A stretch of DNA of 64,000 nucleotides from Schizochytrium sp. TIO01 (lineage: Eukaryota > Protista > Bigyra: Labyrinthulomycetes): positions 682,001-746,000 of the forward strand of contig SMSO01000032.1 of the NCBI GenBank assembly GCA_004764695.1. The letters run 5' to 3'. This document shows, piece after piece, positions 51,777-64,000 of the stretch (position 1 is the first letter of the stretch; each line of letters begins with the position of its first letter). The translations under genes were made by a program, and so were the position numbers. The notes beneath the pieces were generated by a model. The model searched no databases. It worked only from the letters and a program-made list of their open reading frames with translations, and had not been told where the DNA came from.

Positions 51777-52760
51777 ATGTTGGTCTACGACGCCGAAGAA
51801 GCGCAGGGTGAGAACATCCAGCAGTCCATCGTCAAGCGGGACGATGATATGGACCCCGAGGATCTGCAAACGCCGATGAAGAGGTACTCTGATTTCATTT
51901 TTCGCCTTCGTGGTGACCCCACGGAGTCTATGGATGATATGCGCGAACCTTCGCTTTTCCGCCAAGTCGTTGCTGAGGCAGTAGGCACTTTTATCATGGT
52001 ACTCTTTGGTCTCAGTATCAACGCCGCCACTGTGATCTGCGGTGCTCACTCAGGCCTCCTTGCAGCAGCCATTGTCTGGGGCATCGCAGTCATTTTCGGA
52101 CTTGTTTCTAGCATTAGTATTTCCGGAGGTCACGTCAACCCTTGCGTCTCTCTTTCGTTTGCTCTCTTGCGTCCTCATGAGTTCCCAGCCTACAAGCTCC
52201 TGCCGTACTGCGCAGGTCAGCTCTTTGGTTCTTTCATTGCTGGATGGGTTGTCTACATTGTGTACAGCCCGGCCATTGTTGCTTACGAAACCCTCAACAA
52301 CATTACCCGTGGTCAGCCTGGCTCTGAAATTACTGCTTCTGCTTTCCACGGCTACCCTCCCAACCCAGCCTTCGTCGGCGACGCTACAGGCTGGACCTGG
52401 AACACGTACTCAAGTACTGGAGCTATGGGAACCGAGGCCCTCAGCTGTGGTATTATGATGTTCATGGTTTTTGCTTTCACTGATCCTCGTAACCACCTGC
52501 AGCTCGGCGGTGGTGCCATTGCCTTTGGTATTGGCCTCAGTGTCACTGCTATTGTGGCTTGCTTCGGCGCTCTTGATGGAACCACCATCAACCCTGCTCG
52601 CGACTTTGGTCCCCGTATCGTGACCTGCCTCATGGGATGGTGGGACATCGCTATCCCGGGTCCTCCCAACGCGTCCATGTGGGGCTACATCATTGGACCT
52701 CTCATTGGTGCTCCCATTGGTGGCGCCATTTATGACCTCGTCGTCATGCGTGGACTGTAA
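51777..52760 (+). CDS. Aquaglyceroporin (MIP family, GlpF-like), paralog 2 with NPC in the first NPA box
   Basis: AEAVGT, SGGHVNPCVS (52137), TTINPARDFGPR (52590). Collinear with paralog 1 (LLRP.EFP..KL.PY, GP.IGAP.GGAI.D.V.MRGL*). Confidence 0.96.
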   Translation: MLVYDAEEAQGENIQQSIVKRDDDMDPEDLQTPMKRYSDFIFRLRGDPTESMDDMREPSLFRQVVAEAVGTFIMVLFGLSINAATVICGAHSGLLAAAIVWGIAVIFGLVSSISISGGHVNPCVSLSFALLRPHEFPAYKLLPYCAGQLFGSFIAGWVVYIVYSPAIVAYETLNNITRGQPGSEITASAFHGYPPNPAFVGDATGWTWNTYSSTGAMGTEALSCGIMMFMVFAFTDPRNHLQLGGGAIAFGIGLSVTAIVACFGALDGTTINPARDFGPRIVTCLMGWWDIAIPGPPNASMWGYIIGPLIGAPIGGAIYDLVVMRGL

Positions 52761-55700
52761 ACATTATCGTCTGCGAACAGCATCGACATTTGCTGCGCAA
52801 CTGTTAGCTGCAACTTCGATCTTTTTTTCACTGTCAGACTTCTTTCACTCTCTTCCTTTTTTTACTTATTTACTTACTTCTTATATCTCTAACCAACCCG
52901 TGCCCATCCTACATGCATAGAACATAGACACAGGGCTTTACGCCTCCCCGTAGAGTAAATGGCACGCTAATGTAAGCCTCCTGTCCATTTCTTTACTCTC
53001 TGTCGCTGCTTCATCCTTGTCCCTCCCATCACTTGAACTCCTCTTGGTTCCCTTCTTGCACTTTTTAATCACTGTAGGCTCGATCCTTGGGGGTTGACTG
53101 CTACTTCAACGTCGGAGCAAAGAACTTCTTCAAGACGTACCCTTGCGAGTATTCCTCTATATTCTAGGCAAAATAAACGCGAACCTCTTGAAATTCCTGT
53201 TCACTATCCCTTTCTCATAGCGATTCTTGTTTAGTTTGAATCGGTTGCTCGATGATAGTTATGTAGCTATCTACAAAATTCTTTGTTTCGCCTTCCTCCA
53301 GGAATTTGATATTTGACTTGTTCGGTGACCTAGAGAACTCCCAACTTCGCACATTGCGTCATCATGGTGGCATACTTCTTTAGTCGTCCAAAGGTAAACA
53401 AACACGCTTTTGACAAGAAGAATCTGTAAGCAAGAAAGCAAAGGCCAATGAAGTCCCCACTATTGCAGATGATATACTACTTCAAGTCAAGACAATTGAA
53501 GACCTAAGTACTCGCGTTCACCCGATCAAGACAGGGGTGATAAGTAGATCAGAAGGATGTTACCAACCTATCTTGAATTGTTGAGGGGTGAACTATTAAT
53601 CACAAATCAACAGATTGCGCGGACCTTAATCATGATAACAAGCATTGCAAAAAACCTGCTAGCAAGCCTGAAAAAGGTTTTCTTTGAGCTCCATGCAATG
53701 CAGTCAAAACCCTGATACGTGCCTGTACCTTAGAAACTTTATCCTTTATGTGTATTGCTGGTGGCTCCAAAACACAAATACAAAGCTTAGTCACTTAAAC
53801 ACTGGTGTTAAATGCACTCAATCTAGGGTGTCGGCATCGTATGAGCTACCTCAGTCCAATCTTGTCGATAAGACAGACGTGACCCTTTTAAAGAGTCAGG
53901 TTTTAGACTGTCTCATAGTGGGGAATGTTGCAAGCTCGACCGAGGAGGAGATTTAACGTGTCTCCGGGTGTGACCAGTCCATACGCGATTATGGGATCAC
54001 GCTTGAGTCAGCAGCAGATCTTCGCAGTTCGTTTTCTGCACATCAGTCCACACTCGGACCAACAACGAACAAGAACATGCCGGGCTCCACTAAACTCAGT
54101 CTCCAAATGCCACGCAATGAAAGCATTCATTCTGTAACGTTCTGCTCTTGCGACGTAGGAGAAAAAATCGTCTTTCATTTTGTGTTGCACTTCACCTCTA
54201 ATGCCAACACGCAGAGTCTGTATAACCTCAAAAAGGTCTATTTAATCTGCTGCTCGCTCCTTCAAGTCGCTTTGGAGAAATCCTTGGCTACGGCTACGGC
54301 TGCGGCTGCGACTCTTTGTGAGAAGCGACAACCTGTGAGAAGCGTGGGTAGCCCATTGTCATGCTCCACGCTGCTCAGTCGTGTCGATGATCCTGCGCAG
54401 CATCGACGCCAAAGTCATCGTCCTGCTCCAGAGCTCTGTCTTTACTAGTCTGCCAGTGCTCTGAGCAGGCTATGTCTGCACAAGCACCTCAACTTTCACT
54501 CGCTCCTGCAGTGCAAATGCAGTTTTATCAATTCACAAAACGTAGTTCTATCTTTTAGGCTAAAAGGTAGCTAATATCAATGGTATCTTCGCAAAGTTCT
54601 TATCATGTATCTATGATACCGCATGGTCCACTTGTTCGGACAGAGGAAAATGTCGAATCTGCAGAGCCTTGTATGCCAAATTATAGTAATGCGTTAGCGT
54701 GCATCATGCCACCCATTGCTTCGCGTAAGTTTAAATTTGTATCGGTCCCAAAGTAAACTATACTTGGAACTCGCTAGAAAAACATTTTAAAGTTGGACAA
54801 GACAACCTTTTTATTTCAACTATTTATATTTCTCTAATGATAAGCTATACGGGTTGCCTCCTAGAAGGGGAACAACTTGCACTGCACTTATGATTGAATG
54901 GGAGCCATCGTAACCCTTGAGTTTTTAGTTCTTGAAGAGTTTTAATAGTCAATCACTCCAACAGAGAGCCTCCATCTCATTGTTGTTGTTGTTGTTAGTG
55001 TTGTAAGCGTTGTAAGCGTTGGCAAAATCAGGAGAAGACTTGAATGGATCTTGGACTGCTCATTCCTGCCTCCGAGCTCAAGCCTTCGGCCAAGCCGTTC
55101 TTTCCCACGGACGACTGTCGCAGCGATACTTTGAAATGAATAAGCCAAGGAAGTCCAAGTTCAAGTTCAAGTTCAAGAAGAACCAACTTCTCGAGAGTCC
55201 AAGCCGAGCTTAGAAAAAAGCTAGCTCCGAGCAAGTGGAATCTGGACCGTGGCAGAACACACTTTGCATCGCCAGGAAGGGCAGATCCGATCTTCGTCTT
55301 GGTCGCTTCTGAATCGCAGAGGCAGTGCCGGAAAGGAGGCATAGCTGCCAACAAAATACAGCAACGGTAGCCAATCTTCTTCTCTTCTTCCCTGTCATAC
55401 GCATCGGGTATGCCTGTCTAGCTCGTTCAGAGCCGCGGCGTACGGCCTCTGTCCGAAGCCCCATCCTTTTCAGTAAAAAGGAAGAGAGAGTCGTCTCGTT
55501 TTAAAAACTTTTCATTTGCTTATGCATGTATTTAGTATTATAAAAAAAATTAAAATAAAAATCGAATGATGATAAATATAATTATTATCATTATGTGATC
55601 ATGGATCTTTGTTTAAAAAAATGAGGAGAGGAGGTCAAGGGACGCCGTTCTTTTGTACATGCAGGAACTACTAACAGTTAGGTGCGTGCTTGATTGCAGC

Positions 55701-58700
55701 TTGACCTTCGAGGTCCATCTTATGCGACAGATGGCTTGAACTTAAGGCTCCAAGTCTTGTGAACGCCGGTGTTCTGTGAGCGGCGTGGTTTCCTGAGGCG
55801 TAGAGGAAGTTCTGGCGGCGGCTGGGGCGGTTTTGCAGGAATCCGAGTAGGAAATTCTGCTGTTTGGAGGCGGGGGATCTGCGATGAAGTGGCAGTAGCT
55901 CGATTGAGGGAAACTTGAAGGAATCTTCGATCCAAGGCAACCAACCTCAAGGAGAGAGAATGCAGCTCCCTCCCTCGCACGCACACACGAAGCCAGACGT
56001 GCGAAGACCAACGAATGGGTGCACAGACGTGCCGTAACGTGCCGTACGTTAAGTCTCAAAGCTTTGTTTGCCTGCGCAAAGCGGATGGGATGACCTAGAG
56101 CGGACGATGGCCTGGCTTGACCAAAAGGACAGGAATTGCCTTGGAGGTAGACAGTAATGAAGCAAGCTAGCCTACAGACAAGATGAACTACACAGATTTA
56201 TGGCATCTTGAGCGCTCGGGAAGTGAGTTTTATAATATATAATAGTTACTTCCCAGTAGTCAAGTTTTAGCTTTGAAAAGAGAATAATTAGGCAAATGAG
56301 GATGCAAAGATGTTGTTAACCTTAGAAATAAACAGACATACCAACGACATCCTTCCAACGCTAAACAGTTGAGGGGGAACTTTAGAATGATCGTTGAGAG
56401 ATAGATTGTGTGCGCGTGAGTGCGCGATCTACTGACTTCAACTAATACCTGTGTCTGCACTCACTGCAACACATTCTAACAAAAGAGGACGACAACCGCG
56501 ATAACTGTGCGTCTCATTTAAGCGCAATCAAAGCTTTGCAAAAAATGCAGTGCTACACTTTGATAGGATATGCGATCTTTTTTTTTCTCTCTGCCAAGCC
56601 TTCTAGCCTTGTTGGATGTGTGGTAAGCAGGTGCAGCAATTAAGTGCTTTGCCGAGAGGCCCCGAGTAGCTATCACGACGAGGTAACACAACTAAATACA
56701 TAAAATTCTGGAGTCACTTACCCTAAAGAGATAAAATGCAAGTGAGAATTGAAAACTATTCCCCAAAAGTTAATCCTGGTTTAAATGCTGCCGAGGGGGT
56801 GCATATCTACAAAGAGTCGCTCTTGAAAGGCCACAACGAATGCTGAGGTTGCTAAGGTGATCCTTTAATAAATTGAAAAATGTCAGTGGACAGACTGATG
56901 ACAACACGAAAGTCTTCCATGCTGTCCAGAAAACGCTATGGCAACTCCTCAGTGAAGATGACAATGGAGAGGCTGTATTGATTAACGGAGGGGGGCTAGC
57001 CAAAGGCTACTTACTGTCAATTTTATTTGTCCTAACGCTTGAATTCGCTTACCTCAAAAATAAAAAACACTTCAACAAACTTGAATGGGTAGCTTGTACC
57101 TCTATACAAACTGCTATGCTGTTCTTATCACACAAAGGCTTACGAGTGCATGATGCGCTTTGCCCTTTGAGTTTCATTCCAGCCATCGATATTACACAAC
57201 GCTTCATACAATATGATTTTAACAAGATGGTTGTGGGACACTTGGATTAGAATGGTGTTTGCGATGGCGACCATGACGACGCTCCCCCTCTCATACATAG
57301 CTGCAGCAGCGACTGGGCAATGGTAGGAATTCAATTATACTTTTTATTTCTTTGAATGACGAGTCTAGCTTATTATTGTAGTGCATATATGTACTGGTTG
57401 AGAGCTGCGATCGAGACGCAGTTTTCATTAGTGTTCCAAATGCCCTCCTACCTTGGGGACACGAGCTCGAGATGGCCACTGAATTGTCAAACTCGAGTTG
57501 CAGATGGCGCGCGCCGGCTCCTGTGTAAGGCCGTCCAGTTCTTTATAGATGGTCTAGGGTTCAAACACAGATCTTAGAATACAGCAACGACGTCATCCAC
57601 ATGAGTACTCAAGGAATGGTTGTGAAGTTTTGTCCATCTCCCGCTCTTGACGAAGTGACTTCTGCATCTGACGTTGTACATGACTTACTTGAGATGAAGT
57701 CATTTTTCATTTTTGAGTGAGTTAAATAATAAATAAATTTAATTTTATTTATTTTGAGGTGTTGTAAATGTTGAATTGCAAAAAATTAAAAGGGTCATTG
57801 GTATCAAAACAAACGGAAATCTGAATTACTAGTCAACCTCTAAAAATCTGCAACCACCATTTATGCATTGATAAAGTATCTAGGAGACGGATCTACGCTT
57901 GTATCAATTTCCTTTATGATTAAACGCCGAGATTTGTGTCGAAATTTAGAAACTGTCGCATCGAGAGATCCCTTCAATTCTGCTTGCCATACCTCTCTTT
58001 GTCTACCATCCGTATTTAGAAATTTTCAATACTTTTTATATTTAGCACGTGTGATCCGTAAATCATGCAGCGCGATTCTCTTCAGCTTCGTTCTGCTGCA
58101 TTACTCGAACAAACTCTTCGAGAAATCAATCTGCCGTTGCATTCAAAATCTTGACTTTTTTGGTTGGACCGTGAAAACCCTGCTAAGTTTATACGGCTTC
58201 AAATTCACTGGTCGCATAAAACATGAAATTCGAGGCTTATTCATCCTTCGCCCCTCCGCAAAGATCACGATAGGCTGGGAACCAACTACAATCATCCTTG
58301 GCCGTTTATGTGTTTTCCTTTCGTCCTCCTCCAGTGACCATGATTTGAATGCGAGCTCAAGAGTTTATTCATTTGCAGCTGCTAATAAGCTGATCCCTCC
58401 GTTCATGCTTAAGCTGCCGCTTCCCTAGCACATTTCCCCTGCGTTTCCTTCGCTGTGCTATATGAAGCGCAGCTAAGCACATGCCATACTTAAGTACCCG
58501 GGGGTGCCCGTCTTACAAGTCACTATACCTGGGCTATAGCACCCTTGAGCGCTTTCAGCAGGAGCTCAGCAGGAGCCGGCTCTCTCGTTTCGCTCAGTTT
58601 TGATTGCTTTTGTTGCTTCTTTATTTCTTTGTTTCTTTGTTCACGCTGTTTCGTCGGAGAGGCGTAACAGTTCCGGCCTCTTGAGGCTTGTGTTTGTTTC

Positions 58701-61000
58701 TTTGGTGGGCGCCCTCGCTCGCCTCACCCGCCCATTTAAAGATCTTCGTTGCGACGTCTCGAAGAACCTCGAGCAGATCCCGCGCCCGAGAAAGCTGCCG
58801 ATCAACCTGCTTTCTCAGGCTCGTTGCGTCAATTCTGCGCGACAGCGAAGATCGCTTTGAGCGAAGAAGAAGAAGAAGAAGAAGCAGAAGAAGGGTTCTT
58901 GAAAGATTTGGACTAAGTTCTTTTGATGTTCAAGAAGGAAGTAAAATTATAATTAGTTGCAAGTTCTTTTCCTTTTCTGTCTTTCTTCCATAATCTCAAT
59001 CTCGGCAACGCCGACCCTCAGAAGCTTTTCCCTTCCTTCAACACTTGCTATACCAAGGATACGCCTTTTCAAGGCCCAAGAGCAACCCGGAGAACTGAGG
59101 AAGCGCCCTTGCCTCCCTCCCTCCCTCCCACCAATGAAGGCGCATGGCGCCGAGCCGAGTTACACCTTCAATCAATCATCAAACCATCCTTGGAATCTGG
59201 ATGTTTCAAATTGCTAAATCGCTTTGAGACAACAAACAAATAGATAGATGAATGAATGAATGAATGAACATATATAATAAAAATAAAACGATATTATACG
59301 TATGTGATGAAAAAAAACTTATAATCGGAATATAAAATGTGAGAGTTTGTCAGAGTAGATACTTATCTACTTCCTAGCAGGGTACCTAGGTACCTCCTAG
59401 TGCTTCTTTCGAGACCTGGGCGGCACTTGCACTGCTGTCATAGTAGTTCTGCAGTGCCTCGCTCCTCGAGCCATTCCCTCATGCGATGGCCGTGTGTAAG
59501 TATTATACGCTATCCTGGGCGCCAACTCCATCCCGGAACTGGCTGGTTTGTGCACAGTACTAACTAGCGGCAATTCATGCAAGAAAAGAAATCATCTGGG
59601 AACCATCGAGCGTGCGAGCAGGCGTGCGAACGGTGTGCCCTCTCATTAATCTATCGATAAATAAATAGTTAATTAAACCAATGGTTCTTTTATTATATAT
59701 TGACAAACAAATAAATCATTGATTGATTGATTGATTGATTGAATAGTTCTTGCCAATATCGTCGTGACCATGATCATCATCGGAAGAGACGAGGGGATTC
59801 TAGGCTCGAGTACACTTCCTCGCGCTGACTGCCGTAGCCAAGCCCTAGGCTCTTTTTATTTTGCAAATCAATGTCTTTCTATTTTATTCTTCTAAATAAA
59901 TGTTATCTACTAGGATCAGTGTGACGCGCCGAGACTTATCCATCTTCAGACGCCTCTTCATGTTAAGCGAAGAGACAGAGTCCAGGAGCTGTGTTTTCAT
60001 TGTAAGCAAGAAAAAATAACATCCAAGAGCTAGCTAGCCCCCAATTTTTACAAAAAGAAAATACTACAAAAAACTGCCATTCTCGGCGAAGTTTGGCTCA
60101 ACCCCGGCCAATGCACGCGCCTGAGGGAGCATCCTGCGGGTTTGGAATTCTCTCCTGCAATCACAACCCTAGAGAGCGATACTCTGCGGCTCGAGGAAAA
60201 GCAACTTGGATTGGCAGATATCTCCACATCGCCACATTCTCATCCCTCCCTCCCTTCCCTTGGTAACAAAAACTTACAAGCATGCATTTCTTTTTATTTG
60301 TTTTCTATTCCTTTTAAAATAAAAGACGTAGAATGCTCTTTCACTTTCACTTTATACTTTTTTTAAAATCCATTTAAAAACTTTTTTTTGTTTTTAAATT
60401 AAATCCATAAAAAAAACATTTTTAACTTTATGTTTTCGTAAAGTTACAAAAAATGTAAAATGAAAACGTATCTTCTACTAAGTGCTGCTGGCATTGTATT
60501 TTCAAAACCTCGCGTCCGCTCGAGGACAATTGTGCCCGCACCGCATATGCCTGTCTTTCTTCTTGTTCTTGTGCAGGCTCTGCCTTTCCATTCTTCCGCT
60601 CCAACCTCTTTCCTCGCTCTCTCTTCCCTTCAGCAGCTCCGTTTCCCTCCCTTTCGTAAGCGAGCTTCCTTCGCCCCAAGATAACACGAAAGAAGGAGCG
60701 TGAGAATCTTGAATCGGAGCGGCAACTTGGATTTGGACCTGAAGCCCCTTTTAGGGCGCAGCAGATCGATTGTCGGAATGACCTTTGAAGAAGAATTGAA
60801 TCGTCGCGAGAGATGACCTCCGCAGCGCCCCTCGTCGCCTTGGGCGCAGGCCTCTTCAGGCGCCAGCCAAGCTAGCTAAAGCTCCTCAGGCTCAGGATGC
60901 GGAAGCTTTCGCTTCGGTCCCTGAAGTTCCTCGAACGGCCGTATCCTGGGACCCAAAGATCTCGAGCTCAGGTTTGCGGCTTCGAGCGCCGCGGCGCCCT

Positions 61001-61072
61001 CTCCAAAGAGGACTCCAAGGAGGACTCCAAAGAGGACTCCGAAAAGGACTCCAAAAAGGACTCCGAAGAGGT
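61001..61072. repeat. 12-bp minisatellite CTCCRARRAGGA x6
   Basis: Units start at 61001, 61013, 61025, 61037, 61049 and 61061. Confidence 0.88.
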
Positions 61073-61566
61073 CTTCGCCTTGAGCTACGGAGACCAAGAT
61101 GTAGGAGGCCACGCAGGCCAAGGCGCAGGCCTGGGCGAAGCCTGGGAGGGAGGGCGCTGCGTAGCAGTATCATGATACTTGGGCTTGGAACGCGAGGGCT
61201 CTCGCAATTCAGAAGCCCGCCATGCGCGCGCCCCGAACTTGGATGAGGGCGTGGCGTCGATGAAGGCGGCGTCGGCCGGCTTAGTCCAACTTGGTCACTG
61301 GAAGGCTGAAGCTGATCTTGTCTTCACTTCACGCGTGCGTGGGCGGCGTCGATCGGGCGCGGACTCGGCCCGCTCGGGTCCGTGTGGAGGAGCATGGACG
61401 CGACCATCGCTCAGAGCTGTGCGTACCCGAACTCGCCGGCCAAGCTCGCCCTCGCGAGCCGAGCCTCTTTCAACGAGGCCAACTCCGGTCTCGAGCGAGC
61501 GAGGCCATGCCCAGGATAACTGAAGAAGACGCGGCAGAAACCACGGAGACGGATTCCCATACTCCA

Positions 61567-61711
61567 AATCGAACGAATCGAACGAATTGAACCAATTGAA
61601 CCAATTTTAACCAATTGAAACAATTGAATTAATTGAATTAATTGAATTAATTGAACCAATTGAACCAATTGAATTAATTGAAACAATTGAATTAATTGAA
61701 ACAATTGAATG
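61567..61711. repeat. 9-bp minisatellite AATTGAA(TT/CC/AC) x16
   Basis: Parsed unit by unit; one 10-nt variant at 61603; the first two units are AATCGAACG. Confidence 0.92.
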
Positions 61712-64000
61712 AACGACCTTTGACCTATGATCTGCGATCTATACGCCAACACGACTGACCGAGTAAGTGCCTATGCCATATATATGATATACAGATAGAT
61801 ACATATATGTATATATGGATGCATGTATTATTATATAATATAATATTATATTATATTATGTCATTGTATGAATGTATGTACGTCTGTATGTCTGTCTTGA
61901 ATAAGTAGGTACTTGGTATCAGGAGCAGCGTATTCAGAGGTCGCTCCAGCTGAATCGCCGCCTCGCGCTGCCCGTTCGCGGGGCGGTGAAATCCGGCGCG
62001 CCGCGTCTGCAATTGCAGCTGCCGGAGACGCTGGCTGGCCGACGCAGGCCTTCTTTGGAGGCATGACGACGGCCAGGCTGCCTGCCTGCCTGCCTGCCTG
62101 TCAGTCTGTCAGTCTGCCGGCCGAGACGGCGAGACAGCGCGAGCCGAGTGACGCCGAGTGCGCGAGAAGAATGAGCGAAGAGTGAGAATAGTGGAGTGAG
62201 GGAACTGCAGAGCGATCTTTCTTTTCAATGATTGAGAGTTAATGTTAGGAATAGGATTCTTAAAAGGTAACAATAATGAAAGAATAAGATATTGTAGGAA
62301 GCTCTTTTACAATTTAACACAGGTTTTCTAGTTAACCATAGACCATCTTTCATAAGGATCGTCATGATCGTGGTATCATGTATCGTGAAAGGAAAGACAA
62401 CTGGAGTGGAGGACCTGGAAAGCGCAAGGAGGTCGCCACGGGCTGAGACCTCTACCCAGCCCCTCCTAGTCGAGGGCAATGGTCTTATGAACGAAAAGGT
62501 AGCCGACTGACTGATTCATTGAACGAGCGGTATCATGGAGGAACAGAAAGGGAGGATAAAGCAGGCTTAGCGGGTTTTGTGCTTGAGATTCCACCTTCAC
62601 TTTTAATCATCTTTGATTTCCCGTATTTTGGCGTCTCTTTTCCAGTTCCTTCCTTTTGTTTTTCCAGGATTTTTGGCAGAACATTAGCAAATCAGCTACA
62701 AGCTATAAGGCCAACTCTAGAGGTCCCGACTCCCAGTCTATACTTATTTTTTTAAAAGGGTTAGTTTGCCTTCACAAGCAATAATCCAATTAAGCGCGAA
62801 AACGACAAATGGCAGAACAGGACGCATACGCAGGCTAGGGAGGCAGCTAGGCGCAAGTACTAGGGCCTGTAGAGTCAGTAGGGCTGCGTAAGGGGCGCGT
62901 ACGCGACACACAGAAAATGATGCCTATGCAGAGAGATCTCGCTAGAATCGGGGCTGCCTCGAAGATCCCGAGGCTGCTTTTCGTTCTTGCTGAAAGGGAA
63001 ACTCTCTTGGCCTAGCGGTCTGCATCACTCTCCGCCTGGCTGTCTGACTTTCTGCATGTCTGCCGCAGCTCTTCGTTCCCTTGTGCTTGCTTTTGATTCC
63101 TCCTCGAGTTCTTCTCCGGGTTCTTCGCCTTCGCAAGCACACTAAACTGTCTGTTTTGTTCTGATTTGTTTCAAGACATTACTTATTACCTTTATACCCA
63201 TAGCTAGTCCTGCAGAGACGGTTTAGGATGCTGCTAGAACAGTTCAGCGTGACCACTCAGAACTGGATCTGTCACACCTTCAAGGGTTGCTTCCAAAAGA
63301 CAAAGTCAAGCAGACCTTTTTACTTCTTATAGAGAAAACGGTAGAACAGAAGCCTTTCATCTTATGATTAAATTTTTTAGTTTAAACAAGGGGGAAAAAA
63401 TCACTTCTTCGAAGATTTGTGTTGAGTTTTTGAATGAGGAAAAAAGGTCGAAATAATATTCTATAATAATTTTTCTTTTCTTTTATTGTAAACGAGGAAA
63501 GCCATGAAGGAGCTTGTGCAGGCTCGAAGATCTGGTGTGCATTCAACGTGGGCATGTTGCCCCCTACGTCACGCACTTCTCGGAGCAGCCGTTGGGCCTG
63601 CGTTAGTCGCGCTTTGGTTTGGCAAAGGAGTGTTTGCCTTGCTAACGCTGCGTTGTTTTGTCGGGTGCTGCGTTGTGCGAAGGTTTAAAATCCTTCGTTC
63701 CTGTCTTTGCGAATCCTCCCATAGGAAGTGCGAGTGTGTCCGCCCACCTCGCTCCCCGAGTCTCCTTTTCCCACTCACTCGCTTCTTTTCTTGTTTGTTA
63801 TTTATTTCTACACGCACAAATGGCAGGCCTATAAATAAAATAAAATAGCACAAAAAATTATTTAAAAAAAAAAAAACTTTAAAAAAAAAAAAAAAAAAGG
63901 CGAGTGTCAGATTGAAGAACTGGGCGGATGCTGTCATTTGGAGTGCTCGGAGAAATCGCGCTGTCGCATATTGATGTTTGCTCGCAGGTGAACTGACGCT

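Noticed and set aside
53684-54448. Two same-frame ORFs separated by one stop (possible pseudogene or readthrough)
   Set aside because: No recognisable domain or compositional signal.
57868-58428. 186-aa plus-strand ORF
   Set aside because: Non-ATG start and random-looking composition; the opposite-strand frames contain stops.
62830-62900. Scattered TAGGG pentamers resembling telomeric repeats
   Set aside because: Not tandem and too degenerate.

Overview
Eukaryotic, intron-poor, microsatellite-rich genomic DNA. The style suggests a protist, possibly a thraustochytrid/labyrinthulomycete, but that is an inference from sequence style and gene content only. The first 13.7 kb is gene-dense, with four genes: (1) a signal-peptide-bearing Cys-rich repeat protein on the minus strand, running off the left edge and absent from the ORF track; (2) a PA28/REG proteasome activator; (3) a 602-aa protein with a leucine zipper preceded by an acidic rather than basic segment, a START-like domain and an AT-hook; (4) a C2-like-domain-containing sterol 3-beta-glucosyltransferase-like GT1 enzyme. 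The remaining ~50 kb holds only two recognisable genes, tandem paralogous GlpF-like aquaglyceroporins (38665-39687, 51777-52760) with non-canonical selectivity filters (W-V-A-R; W-V-T-R plus NPC). They lie in long non-coding stretches of alternating AT-rich and GC-rich blocks with many micro/minisatellites, including 127 ATT units, and a clustered GGTGGCATACG motif. I saw no rRNA, tRNA, CRISPR array or recognisable transposase. I cannot show a new multi-gene system. The best leads are the acidic-zipper/START/AT-hook protein beside the sterol glucosyltransferase, the divergent aquaglyceroporin pair, and the regulatory-looking desert upstream of them.
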